Shown one piece after another: positions 12,278 through 22,168 of a stretch of 28,038 bases of DNA (positions are counted from its first letter, which is position 1; each line of letters opens with the position of its first letter). The stretch is from Azolla caroliniana (lineage: Eukaryota > Plantae > Polypodiophyta): contig JBHGNT010000404.1 in the NCBI GenBank assembly GCA_043228905.1, positions 1 through 28,038 of the forward strand, read 5' to 3'. Made by a program: the position numbers and the translations under genes. Under the pieces are notes generated by a model that saw only the letters and a program-made list of their open reading frames with translations, had not been told where the DNA came from and did not search any database.

Positions 12278-15200
12278 ATGACTAGACCAACGCACGACTT
12301 GGTTACAGACCGAGCTCGACGCCTCGCCGAACGGCAAAGACGGCGTGAGACTTTCCAGCAAGCAGCGCAGGAAATTCGCTCGGATCGTTCGTTCTCCAAC
12401 GAGATCCGGAGAGTCGCGGAGGAATCTCTCCGGTTACGGCAAACTCGCGACCAGGACGACGGAAGCAGTCTAAGTAGTCTCCGGGAGACCGAACGACTCC
12501 TGGAGGCGCTGGCAAGCGGAGAAAACGAGGCAGAAGCCTTTTCAGCCTACGAATCGGATTCCGAAGGGGGATACAGCGTGCACACGAACTACCGGAGCAG
12601 CAACGATACCCCCGGCGGCCCGGAAGACGACGGGTCGGATACCGTGCCGACTCCAGAACCGGAACCGCTCAACCAGGGCTATCCGGAACCGCAAACGGAA
12701 GCCGTCAACCCACCAATACCGGAAGTGGAAGAAGCAAAGCCACCAACACCAACGAAAGAGCCGGCAAAGGTACCGGAAGAAGAGCCGGAAAAAGAACCGG
12801 AAAAAGGACCGGCAGAAGAACCGGAAGTGGAACCGGAGAAAGAACCGGAAAAATATCAACAAACGCCACTAAACCGCGGCTTAATACTGGACGACGACAT
12901 GCCGTTCCAATACTCAAAGTACCGCGATGATCCGGATGCGGAAGCGCATGTGGATGACTTCGAGCAGACATGGGAAGCAAATCACACGTCCCAGCGAATG
13001 ACACCGGAGGAAGAAGAACGCTCGAAGATAGCGGAATTCGGAGTCACGTTGGAGGGACCAGCGACACGATGGCGGCGGTCGCAGGACCCGGCGACCATCA
13101 CAACATTTGCAGAATTAAAAGCAAAATTCTTGCATTTTTTCCACAAGGAGGTCGACCAGACGACAATGGTGGGCCTGTTTTATACGATCCGGCAGGAGGC
13201 AGGGGAAAGCATTCCCCAATTCGTCATCCGTTTCCAATGAATGCATAGCCAGCTTGCCCGTGCACCCCCGGAGGAGGACTTACGGACGATATTTTTAAAC
13301 GCACTCCGGGAACCGTTACGCACGGTGTGTACGGTGATCGACTTTCGAGGATGCACCATCGATCAGGTCATTGACCGGGTCAGAGAAATGGAAAAGACAA
13401 GCTCATGGCTTACGCTGGGAACACTGCAACGGGCGTTACCCACCGAGGAAGATCTCCGGTTCCGGCAGGCAATTCAATGCACAATCTGCTTGAATGCCGG
13501 ACACTCGACAGTAGAGTGCACCATGCGCACTCAGTGTGTGATTTGTCAATCCAAGAGTCATACAACGGACCGGTGCGAGTATAACCTGTTAAACCGACAA
13601 GCACCACCCGTCCGACGAATCGAGCCAAGAAGCAGCCAAGACGAAGATGAAGATCGTTGGCAAAAAATGAACCGGTACCGACCGGCACAGGATGTCCGGT
13701 ACGGAGACAGGCAAGAGAATGATGGCCGGTACGGGAATCGGCGTGATAACTACGACCGGTATGAGCGATCGGACCGTTATCGAGAGCCCAACAGGCGACA
13801 CGAGCAATACGACAGAGACCATTCCCCTGGTTACCGAAGGCACCAGGAGGACTACGGCCGATTTTACGATCCACCACGACCGGACTACCGAAATAAACAT
13901 AAGAATAATAAGAAACGTAATTTCAAGAAAGGTGGTCACCCTAGGGACCCGGAACATGGAACCCCAAGGAGCCAACCGGCACAGAACGCACCACTCGCTA
14001 CGGGACCGACTCCGGCTACCAGCAATTCTGAATCCAGCAATACCCGTAAAGAGTACTGCTACTACTGCAGGCAGGAAGGCCACTACAGTAACCAGTGCCC
14101 GGTAAAGAGCTACGAGAAACGACCAACAGTTAATATGGTGGTTCCGGAAGTGGCGGATTTACAGCAAGTAACCACACGGTCGAAAGGCATGGCCAAAGAA
14201 TGGGAAACACAAGAGGCCATACGAAAACAGGCGACGGAATGGGTGAAGGAAGCCAATGAAAGAAACGTCGCGGACGCGGAACGGCAAAAGGCGAAGACCA
14301 TAGGGAGTGCCGGCGGTAGCCACCCAGAAAACGAGACATGGCAAGCACTACAAGAATGTCAGATCACGTTACCATTAGGAAGACTCTTGCAGCTCGTGCC
14401 GCGATTCACAGAAGGACTAAAAACGGTCATGACAGACGGTATAGCTCCACCGGCACCAGTCCTTTTCTCGAATCCGGAGGAGGGACCGACGGTGGTGGAC
14501 ACTAGTAGTCCGGTGATCACAGCTATTGTCAAAGGGCACGAACTTCCCGGCACAGTAATCGATGGAGGTTCCGGAGTGAACGTAATAAGCCTTCGCACGT
14601 GTGATGCCTTGGGTATACATGAATGGGAGCCATGTCCGTTCTGGCTACGGATGGCGGATACGAGCTCTGTACGGCCGACGGGCTTAATACGGAAATTGGA
14701 AGTCACCATAGGAGGCCACACATTTCACATCTCGGCTGTAGTGCTGCAGCTACAGGCGCAAGGCGCGTACCCATTGCTGCTGGGCAGACCATGGTTGAAA
14801 ACAGCACACATCAAGCAAAATTGGCGAAAAAATATGATTACCTTCCGGCGCGGAAAAGCCAAGGTCCGGGTACCGACACAACCACGGACGAGCAACGGTA
14901 AGGAATGCACACCGCTGTATGCGGAATGTGTGAACATGCTTGAAGGATTGGCAGACGACGAAGAAGCCCAGTACTTGGAGGAACATCCGAAGATTGTACC
15001 ACTCTTCGAGATTGACGTAGCTGAAGCCGTAGCCGCATACTTGCCGCAGCGGGACGACACCGAAGCCGAACCAGACAAAGATGCGATTCGGGAATTACGG
15101 CAAGCACAGGAAGCGTTGGAACGGGAAATGGCCGTTTCCCAACGGGTAAAAGCATCCCAGCTCGACGAAGTGAACCTAGGAAGCAAAGACGAATCAAAGC

Positions 15201-18142
15201 CGGTACACATCGCCAAAGAAATGAAGCCGGAAGATAAAGCGGCGATGATCAAACTTCTCACGGAGTTTCGCGACGTATTCGCCTGGTCATACGAAGACAT
15301 GCGAGGGCTGGACCCTCAATTATATCAGCATCAGATCCACTTAGGCAAGGACGCGAAACCAGTGGCGCAACGACGATACCGAATGAACCCCAACTACGCC
15401 GCCAAAGTAAAAGAGGAAATCGACAAACTCCTAAGAGTGGGCTTCATCCGGCCGGTAAAGAAAGCGACGTGGCTAAGCCCCATCGTCGTCGTCCCCAAGA
15501 AGAACGGTAAAATCCGTGTGTGTGTTGATTACAGGAAACTAAATGCCGCCACAATTACGGATGCATTCCCTCTTCCGTTCACGGACGGAGTACTGGATGC
15601 CGTCGCCGGTCATGAAGTTTATAGCTTTTTAGACGGGTTCAGCGGGTACAATCAAATCCAGATGCACCCGGACGACCAGGAAAAGACAGCGTTCGTCACC
15701 GAATGGGGGGTGTTTGTGGCCGAAGTCATGATGTTCGGCCTAAAAACGGCACCAGCAACGTTCCAGCGAATCATCATGGAGATCTTCGGCGAATACATTC
15801 CTGCCTTCATGCAAGTTTTCCTGGATGATTTTGCAGTTTATAGCCGGGGAAAAGACCATTTGCAGCACCTACGGTTATGCCTTGAAAAGTGTAGGTTATA
15901 CCGGCTAAGCTTAAACCCAGCAAAATGCATCTTTGGGGTTTCAAGTGGAATATTGCTGGGACACATCGTAAGTAAGGAGGGCATTGCGGTCGACCCGGAC
16001 AAAGTAAACGCCATACTAGGGGCACCGGCGCCGAAAACGGCCAAAGCACTAAGCCGATTCTTAGGACAAATCCGGTGGCACAGCCGGATGCTCCGTCACT
16101 TGGCGGACTTGGCGACACCATTACACACCGCGGTACATCGGACACCGTTCCAATGGACGGAGACGGAGGATAAGGCATACAATGCCCTGAAGGTACTTTT
16201 GTCGCAAGCACCTGTCGTGCAGCCTCCGGATTGGAGCAAGGAATTTTACGTGTTCGTGGACGCGTCCGACATCGCTATTGGCAGCGCCTTAATGCAACTT
16301 ACGGAGCCTAAATGGTACCGGCCGGTATATTACGCCAGCCGGAAACTATCCCAAGCGGAGAAGAACTATTCAACGACGGAACGGGAGGCCCTGGGCATGA
16401 TCTACAGTGTAACAAAGTTTCGTCACTACCTATTGGGAAGGAAGTTCTCCTTCCATGTGGATCACTCGGCGCTCCTCTACTTAGTTTCCAAGGCGTCCCT
16501 GACCGGTAAGTTGGCCCGTTGGACCTTGCTGTTGCAGGAGTTCGAATTCGAGATTTTCCACCGGCCCGGTATCCAGCATGCCGTAGCAGACTATCTAAGC
16601 CGGTTAGAGTCCGGAGAACCAGGCGACGGAGTAGCGGATGAATTCCCGGACGCGGAGTTATTCCGTATCACCCCGGAAACGGCAGCGGACGACACGGTGG
16701 CATCAGAAGATAAATGGCTGACAAACATGCACCAGTTCCTAAGCACGGGCCTGCCACCGGAAGAAATGAACCGGGACGAGAGGAAACGACTAGCGGTGCA
16801 GAGCCGCAATTTCTGTCTGTTACGGGACACTCTCTACCACAAAGGAGCAGATGGAATATGGCGACGGGCAGTCCGTAGTGACGAGAAAGAAGTAATCTTA
16901 CGGGAAGCACACTGTGGGGTTGCCGGAGGACACTATGCCGGGGAAGCGACGGCGAGGAAAGTATGGCAGAGCGGCTTATGGTGGCCCACGACGTTAAAAG
17001 ACGCCGTCAAGTATGCTAAGGAATGTGACCTATGCCAACGAATGGGCCAGCCTACGGAGCAAGCACGGATGCCACACCAACCGGTACTTCCACTAGAGCC
17101 ATTCCAGAAGTGGGGGTTGGATTTTGTCGGACCGTTCAAGCCACCGGCAATGAGAACGGGTAATCGTTATGTCATCGTGGCAACGGATTATTGCACTAAA
17201 TGGGTGGAAGCAAAGGCCCTGAGAGACAACACCGCGTCATCCACAGCAAAATTCCTGTACGAAAACATTTGGTGCCGATATGGATGTCCGATTGAATTAA
17301 TCAGCGACCAAGGAGGCCACTTCCTCGGCCAGGTAGTGGAAAGCTTAACAACGTTCTATGCCGTGGTCCATAAAAGAAGCACACCGTACTACCCACAGGC
17401 GAACGGGTTAGCAGAGTCCACCAACAAAACGCTGCAGAACATTCTCCGCAAAATTGTCAATGAAAACCGGACGGACTGGGACACAAAGCTCCATAGTGCG
17501 CTATGGGCGTACCGAACGGCATACAAAACAAGTATCCGGACAACGCCGTTCCGGCTAGCATTCGGCTTAGAAGCGGTCATGCCGGTCGAGTTTCAGGTAC
17601 CAAGCTTACGGATCCAACTACGGGAACGGCTGAATGAAAAGAAGTCGGAGGAAATGCGGCTAGCAGCACTATGCGAACTGGAGGAGCAACGGCTGGCCAA
17701 CATCCTACACATGGAACTGGAGCAACGACGACGGAAAGCGTTCGTTGACCGTCACCGGAAAGGTAATGAGAAGATGTTCGAAATCGGAAAGCCGGTGCTA
17801 GTATTCCAAACGAGGATGGGCAAGATGCCGGGTAAACTCCGGTTCAGATGGACAGGCCCGTATTGGCTGACACGGGAATACAACGGGTCCTATCAGATAG
17901 GGACACTTGCCGGGGAAGTACTAGGCAAGTGGGTGAATGGATTTCGACTAAAGCCCTATAAAGGACCGATGCCAAAGAACCCGTTTATGCAGCTCACCGG
18001 CACTATACCAGGAACCTGTCCGGGATCGGTACGGATCGATCCGGAAGAAAAAGACGACGGGGAACCCGTAGTAGAGACGAAGGAAGACACGGCAACCCGT
18101 AAGGAAAACGGTCAGGGTCCGAAGGGACCTACGGATGTGTAA
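12278..18142 (+). CDS. gag-pol: Inner element Gag-Pol polyprotein (Gag, 3 CCHC knuckles, protease, RT, RNase H, integrase); one in-frame TGA at 13238-13240
   Basis: ORFs 12278-13240 and 13241-18142 are in the same frame. Motifs: capsid-like FYTIRQEAGESIPQFVIRF, CCHC x3, protease VIDGGSGVN, RT FLDDF (15818-15829), RNase H VDASDIAIG, integrase HHCC + LDFVGP/SDQGGHF/NGLAE and WTGPY. No chromodomain. Confidence 0.95.
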
Positions 18143-18162
18143 GGTCACACACCGTCATTAAA

Positions 18163-18167
<5 letters not shown>

Positions 18168-18196
<29 letters not shown>
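18168..18196 (+). repeat. Poly(A) tract (A29) between pol and the extra ORF
   Basis: Homopolymer seen directly, 25 nt after the pol stop. Confidence 0.9.
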
Positions 18197-18198
<2 letters not shown>

Positions 18199-18524
18199 CA
18201 TTAAAAATCGAGGTATGAACGGGTGTGAAAGCAAGGCGCGAAAAGGTACGTAGTGGGCATTTAAGAGACGCCACGCTACTTAATACTAAATTGGTACACG
18301 ACGTGTGCATGCTCGAAAAAGGCGCCAAAACGCACAAAGAAGAAGCAGAACGCATGGAGACCTTTTCATTTCGCGAGCCAAGAAGCACAGAAGCACCAAG
18401 ACAGTGGAAGCTGAGCAAACGCGAACCTGCACGCAGAGAACCTCCGCGCTCAGAACGCTCTCTCTCTCGCTCTCACTCTCATCACCACTCTACCTCGCCA
18501 TCTTCCCTCGACCTTGAAGCAGAC

Positions 18525-21224
18525 ATGGAACCACAAACGCTGTCGGAAGCGGCCAGGAAATGGTTCAGGCAAAACGGACTGGAGGGGTTCTTGGCCATCA
18601 TGGAGGCACCGCCGCACAGAGAAGCCGACCGGGTCATCAAGGAGCTCGCCACAGAGGTCATCACCGAGGAAGCGATCCGCGCGCTAACAGGCCTTCCGGA
18701 GGGAGGAATATTTCAGATCGATAACCCAACCTCGGAGCAACTCATCCGATATTTCGGTGAGTACTCTGTTGCCGGCAAAGGCTATCGGACGCAGGGCGGC
18801 GAAGATCCGCTATTCAGGGAGATAGCTCGAGTGCTCCATGAGTACCGTCACGTGTACCCCCGACCCCCTGTCATGCCAAAAAATCGGGCAGGGATGATCA
18901 TAGCCACCTATGAAGGGATCAAGGTGGACTGGCCGGTGTTGATTGCAGACGGGTTGTGCATGGCAATCGACATGGTACGAGGGAAGGACGGCAAGGAGGG
19001 CCGGAAGCTGTGGCACGCCGTAGCTCAATGGATAACATTGCTCGTGCCGCCGGTCGAGACCGTCCAGCCAAAGAAGCGGCCAAGAGTATCGGAAGGAAGC
19101 ACCTCGAAGCCGGCATCCAAACGACAGCAGCTGCTGGCGTCGAAGGCGACGAAAGGGAAGAAACGGGTCCCAGAACCGGAGGAGGTGTCACCGGTCCGAC
19201 CCGTCAAGATAACCTTACGGAGACCAGGACAGAAGGAACCGGAACCCTTGACGGCACAGAAACATGCCGTGACACAGGAAGAGGAAATGGAGGAGCCAGA
19301 AGAGCACCTCCAACGACGGTCAAGAAGTAGGACCGCCGAGACAGGAGGGGAGCGGTCGTACCCGCGAGAGGCAGAAACGCCCCCAACTCAACCTGAGCAA
19401 ACCACAAGGGAAGAACCGGAACCGGTGCGTAGGGAACCGGTCTTGTCGACTTCTATAGAAGAAGTCAGTCCAACGGCTCCGGAGACGGCGAGAACCGGAA
19501 CTCAACAGCCGGCGAGCCCAGCCAGAGCACACGGCGGCCAAGGAGTAGAACCAGAACGGCATATGCAGGCAATCAGGCCAGACAATTCCACAGTGAATGA
19601 GCCGACCCGACCAGTACAGCAACAGGGCACCAGTAGCATGTGGCTACGGTGGGTAGGCGAGCAAATCGCCGGAGTGGTCGAGTATATAGAGGCGGAAGAG
19701 AGAGCGCACCAGGAACGGTTGCTCGTCACAACCGTAGATCTAGAGACGGCCCGGTCCAGAATCCGGAGCCTTGGACAAGACTTGGACAGGGTCACAAGGG
19801 AAATGGCGCAAGTGGCTTTGACAACACAAGTCCAAGCACCGGTGACTCCGGGCAATGTACAGAATAAAGTGGCAGATCAACCTGTACATAGCAATCAGAC
19901 CCCGGCAACGGAAACCGTTCCGGAGAGAAATGCGGCACAAGCCCAAGAGCTTGCGGATTTAAAGGATGAGCTTGCTGCCCAAGAAGCGCTGAGGAGCCGC
20001 GAAAGAGAATTGAAGACGGCAGCGGAGGCGGAACTCAAAAAGACTGCTGAGAATCTACGCCGGGCCGAGGAGAGCTTACGGAAAGGCCACCAAGCGTACG
20101 ACCGGCTCAAGGAGGAGAAGGAGAAAATGCTGCAAGAGAAGGAGAGGCTCCGGAGGAACGCCGAAACAGAAGTAGAGCGCCTGAAAGAGGAACTCCGGCA
20201 GGTAAAGGACCGGGAGGACCGGAACCATCGCCAGATCAACGGCAAGCTCAAACAAAAAACGGAGGAATTTGAGCAATTGCACCGGGAGTATAAACGGTTG
20301 CAAACGGAGCACAAGGAACGGACGGATGAGCTCCGGCAAGCAGTTGATCAGACCGCAACCGCATTCGCCAAGGAACAAGCGGAAAACAGAAGACGGTTGG
20401 AAGAGGCGGAGAAGGTTCGGACAGAGCTCCTCAGGCAACAGCAGGCGGAAAAAGAAAGAGCGGCGGAGGTACTGCAGAGGCTGCAAACGACATATCAAGG
20501 GCAGCTGACGCGCTACAGAGAGCAGGCGGAGGATACGGCAAATCTCATCAAGCAGTTGAAGGAGGAGCGACAAGTGGTGGAAAGCAGAGCACAAATGGGA
20601 GCAAGTCGCATCCAGGATATCATGCGGGCCTGGTTGAACCAGACCAAGAGCTTGATTGACAACGGCTCCGTCAAATGGTGGACCAAGTGGGCCACGAACG
20701 CGGCGGAACTCCAATTGCTCCGGGCTGACGTAGAGAACCGGCGGAAGGAGGGAGATGATTGCTATATGCTGACTTCCGAAGACTTCACCGGCATAAGAGA
20801 TGAGCTTGCCGAACACTTTCAAGCCTTGGCAGAAGACCAATTAGAGCAAGTCCGGCAACTTGTAGCTCAGCTGGACGACGACAGGCTGGAGGCGCAGATC
20901 CAGTTTGAAAGCTACGAGAGGTCCCGGATCCGGGGAGAGAAAGAACGAGAACCAGTTACGGTCAACCTCAGTGATGAGGAACCGTTACTGGAAGGAGACC
21001 GGACCGGAAGCAGTCAAACGGAGATGCCGGAGCCAGAGAGACAAACAGAGCAGCCGGAGTCAGCGAAACAAACGGAGCAGCAGCAGCAAGCAGAGCAGCC
21101 GGAGCAGCCTCAGTCCCAACCGCAACCACAGCATCAGCAGCAAGCACAGCCGCAACAACCACAACCGGAAGAACAAGTGGAAATTCTTGAACAAACTATT
21201 TTGGACAATTTGGGTGAACAATGA
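18525..21224 (+). CDS. Extra 3' ORF of inner element (~899 aa from ATG 18525; frame open from 18225): N-terminal plant-transposon-protein-like domain, low-complexity linker, long coiled coil, Q/P tail
   Basis: 3-kb uninterrupted frame between pol and the 3' LTR. The N-terminus (WFRQNGLEGFL...IRALTGLP...GIKVDWPVLI) resembles env-like/Transposase_32-type accessory ORFs; E/K/R/Q heptad-rich region follows; no clear hydrophobic TM helix. Confidence 0.85.
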   Translation: MEPQTLSEAARKWFRQNGLEGFLAIMEAPPHREADRVIKELATEVITEEAIRALTGLPEGGIFQIDNPTSEQLIRYFGEYSVAGKGYRTQGGEDPLFREIARVLHEYRHVYPRPPVMPKNRAGMIIATYEGIKVDWPVLIADGLCMAIDMVRGKDGKEGRKLWHAVAQWITLLVPPVETVQPKKRPRVSEGSTSKPASKRQQLLASKATKGKKRVPEPEEVSPVRPVKITLRRPGQKEPEPLTAQKHAVTQEEEMEEPEEHLQRRSRSRTAETGGERSYPREAETPPTQPEQTTREEPEPVRREPVLSTSIEEVSPTAPETARTGTQQPASPARAHGGQGVEPERHMQAIRPDNSTVNEPTRPVQQQGTSSMWLRWVGEQIAGVVEYIEAEERAHQERLLVTTVDLETARSRIRSLGQDLDRVTREMAQVALTTQVQAPVTPGNVQNKVADQPVHSNQTPATETVPERNAAQAQELADLKDELAAQEALRSRERELKTAAEAELKKTAENLRRAEESLRKGHQAYDRLKEEKEKMLQEKERLRRNAETEVERLKEELRQVKDREDRNHRQINGKLKQKTEEFEQLHREYKRLQTEHKERTDELRQAVDQTATAFAKEQAENRRRLEEAEKVRTELLRQQQAEKERAAEVLQRLQTTYQGQLTRYREQAEDTANLIKQLKEERQVVESRAQMGASRIQDIMRAWLNQTKSLIDNGSVKWWTKWATNAAELQLLRADVENRRKEGDDCYMLTSEDFTGIRDELAEHFQALAEDQLEQVRQLVAQLDDDRLEAQIQFESYERSRIRGEKEREPVTVNLSDEEPLLEGDRTGSSQTEMPEPERQTEQPESAKQTEQQQQAEQPEQPQSQPQPQHQQQAQPQQPQPEEQVEILEQTILDNLGEQ

Positions 21225-21236
21225 AGGGGCCGAGAA

Positions 21237-21274
21237 GGGTTCGACGTACAAGGTACTGTCCCACGGGCGTGCCA
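21237..21274 (-). other. Inverted tRNA-Arg-like primer-binding site at the position where a PPT is expected
   Basis: Plus strand GGGTTCGA-(13 nt)-GTCCCACGGGCGTGCCA-TG-[3' LTR]; minus strand reads LTR-CA-TGGCACGCCCGTGGGAC. Confidence 0.7.
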
Positions 21275-21276
21275 TG

Positions 21277-21696
21277 TGTTACCGGCCGGCATGGAGTCCA
21301 AAATACGGAGTGAAGGAATTAATTAGATATGGTTGTAAATGAGCAAAGTGTGGACGGACGGACTGGAAACGGTATGCCGTTCCAGATCCGGACGGATCCC
21401 GAATAGGTGCGAGAGGCACCGTTTTGTACTACGGGCCGGAAACCTATTTAAAGGCCCGGACCCTATTGTAATGACAGCGGATAATTAGTAGAGCTTATGT
21501 TGTTTATACTTCTGTCTTGATTTCCGTTCTGTAATCACTGTTATATCTTACGCGTGTAATTAACCAAAGCAATCTAATCGTGTAACCTACGTAAGTCGGT
21601 GTAATCGTTGAATCTTAATCCTATGCCGTAATCACCCTTTGGTGAAGTGTCTCCGTGACACCTTGTGTTAGGCCTTGTCCGGCTAAGAGAATAACA
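21277..21696 (+). repeat. 3' LTR of inner element (420 bp)
   Basis: Direct repeat of 11807-12226, followed by TSD ACCCT. Confidence 0.97.
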
Positions 21697-21701
21697 ACCC
21701 T

Positions 21702-22162
21702 TGGGTTTGTCGACACCGGATTTCTCTTGTTCTCCAATCTATGTCTGGGTTATGTAACTCGAACCACGGTAATCCTAAAACTATGGAATGTTCTGGGATA
21801 CTAATAATATTAAATGATACTACACATGTTAAGTTATCTAGGACAATATTAATGGGCTCTGACTCTTCTATGATATTTTCGGAAGCAATGGGACATCCAT
21901 CAATGACTACTACAGAGGCTAGACATTGGAGTTTTCTTAGGGATATCTTATGAGCTTGAGCAAATTTCTTATCCATAAAGCAACAGTTAGCTCCAGAATC
22001 TAGGAGTGCTAGGACATGTACTGGAGGGGCACTTTTAGCACTAACTAATACTTGGGCTACGAACACATCACTAACTTGCTTAGAGGGAATGGAACCACTA
22101 ATGGGCTGCATAGATCTAGGGTTGTCCAACCAAACGGCTCCTATTTTGGCTGGACTTAGTCG
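21702..22162 (-). pseudogene. pol: Outer chromovirus pol, 5' part: aspartic protease
   Basis: ALLDSGANCCFMD active site and IVLGLPWFELHNPDIDW; continues in frame at 11806 once the nested element is removed. Confidence 0.92.
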
Positions 22163-22168
22163 TTTAAC
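22116..22168 (-). promoter_or_regulatory. Putative -1 ribosomal frameshift signal between gag and pol
   Basis: Minus strand G_TTA_AAC, 6-nt spacer, stem GTCCAGCC/GGTTGGAC, and loop TAGG complementary to downstream CCTA. A -1 shift enters the protease frame (RLSPAKIGAVWLDNPRS). Confidence 0.7.

Larger units (their letters stand above)
11807..21696 (+). mobile_element. Young full-length Ty3/Gypsy non-chromovirus (Athila/Phygy-like) LTR retrotransposon with extra 3' ORF, 9890 bp
   Basis: 420-bp LTRs TGTTA...TAACA at 11807-12226 and 21277-21696 differ at one base; TSD ACCCT (11802-11806 / 21697-21701). Removing it restores the host element's pol frame ([13 protein letters not shown]). Confidence 0.97.

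Noticed and set aside
13410-21162. Numerous antisense and alternate-frame ORFs (e.g. 20076-20840, 14725-15300, 13589-14083)
   Set aside because: Shadows of long GC-rich coding frames; no recognisable motifs.
21223-21239. Purine-rich GAAGGGGCCGAGAAGGG as the inner element's PPT
   Set aside because: It is interrupted by CC and ends about 37 nt from the LTR, whereas a PPT must abut the LTR to define its end. Kept only as an alternative hypothesis.
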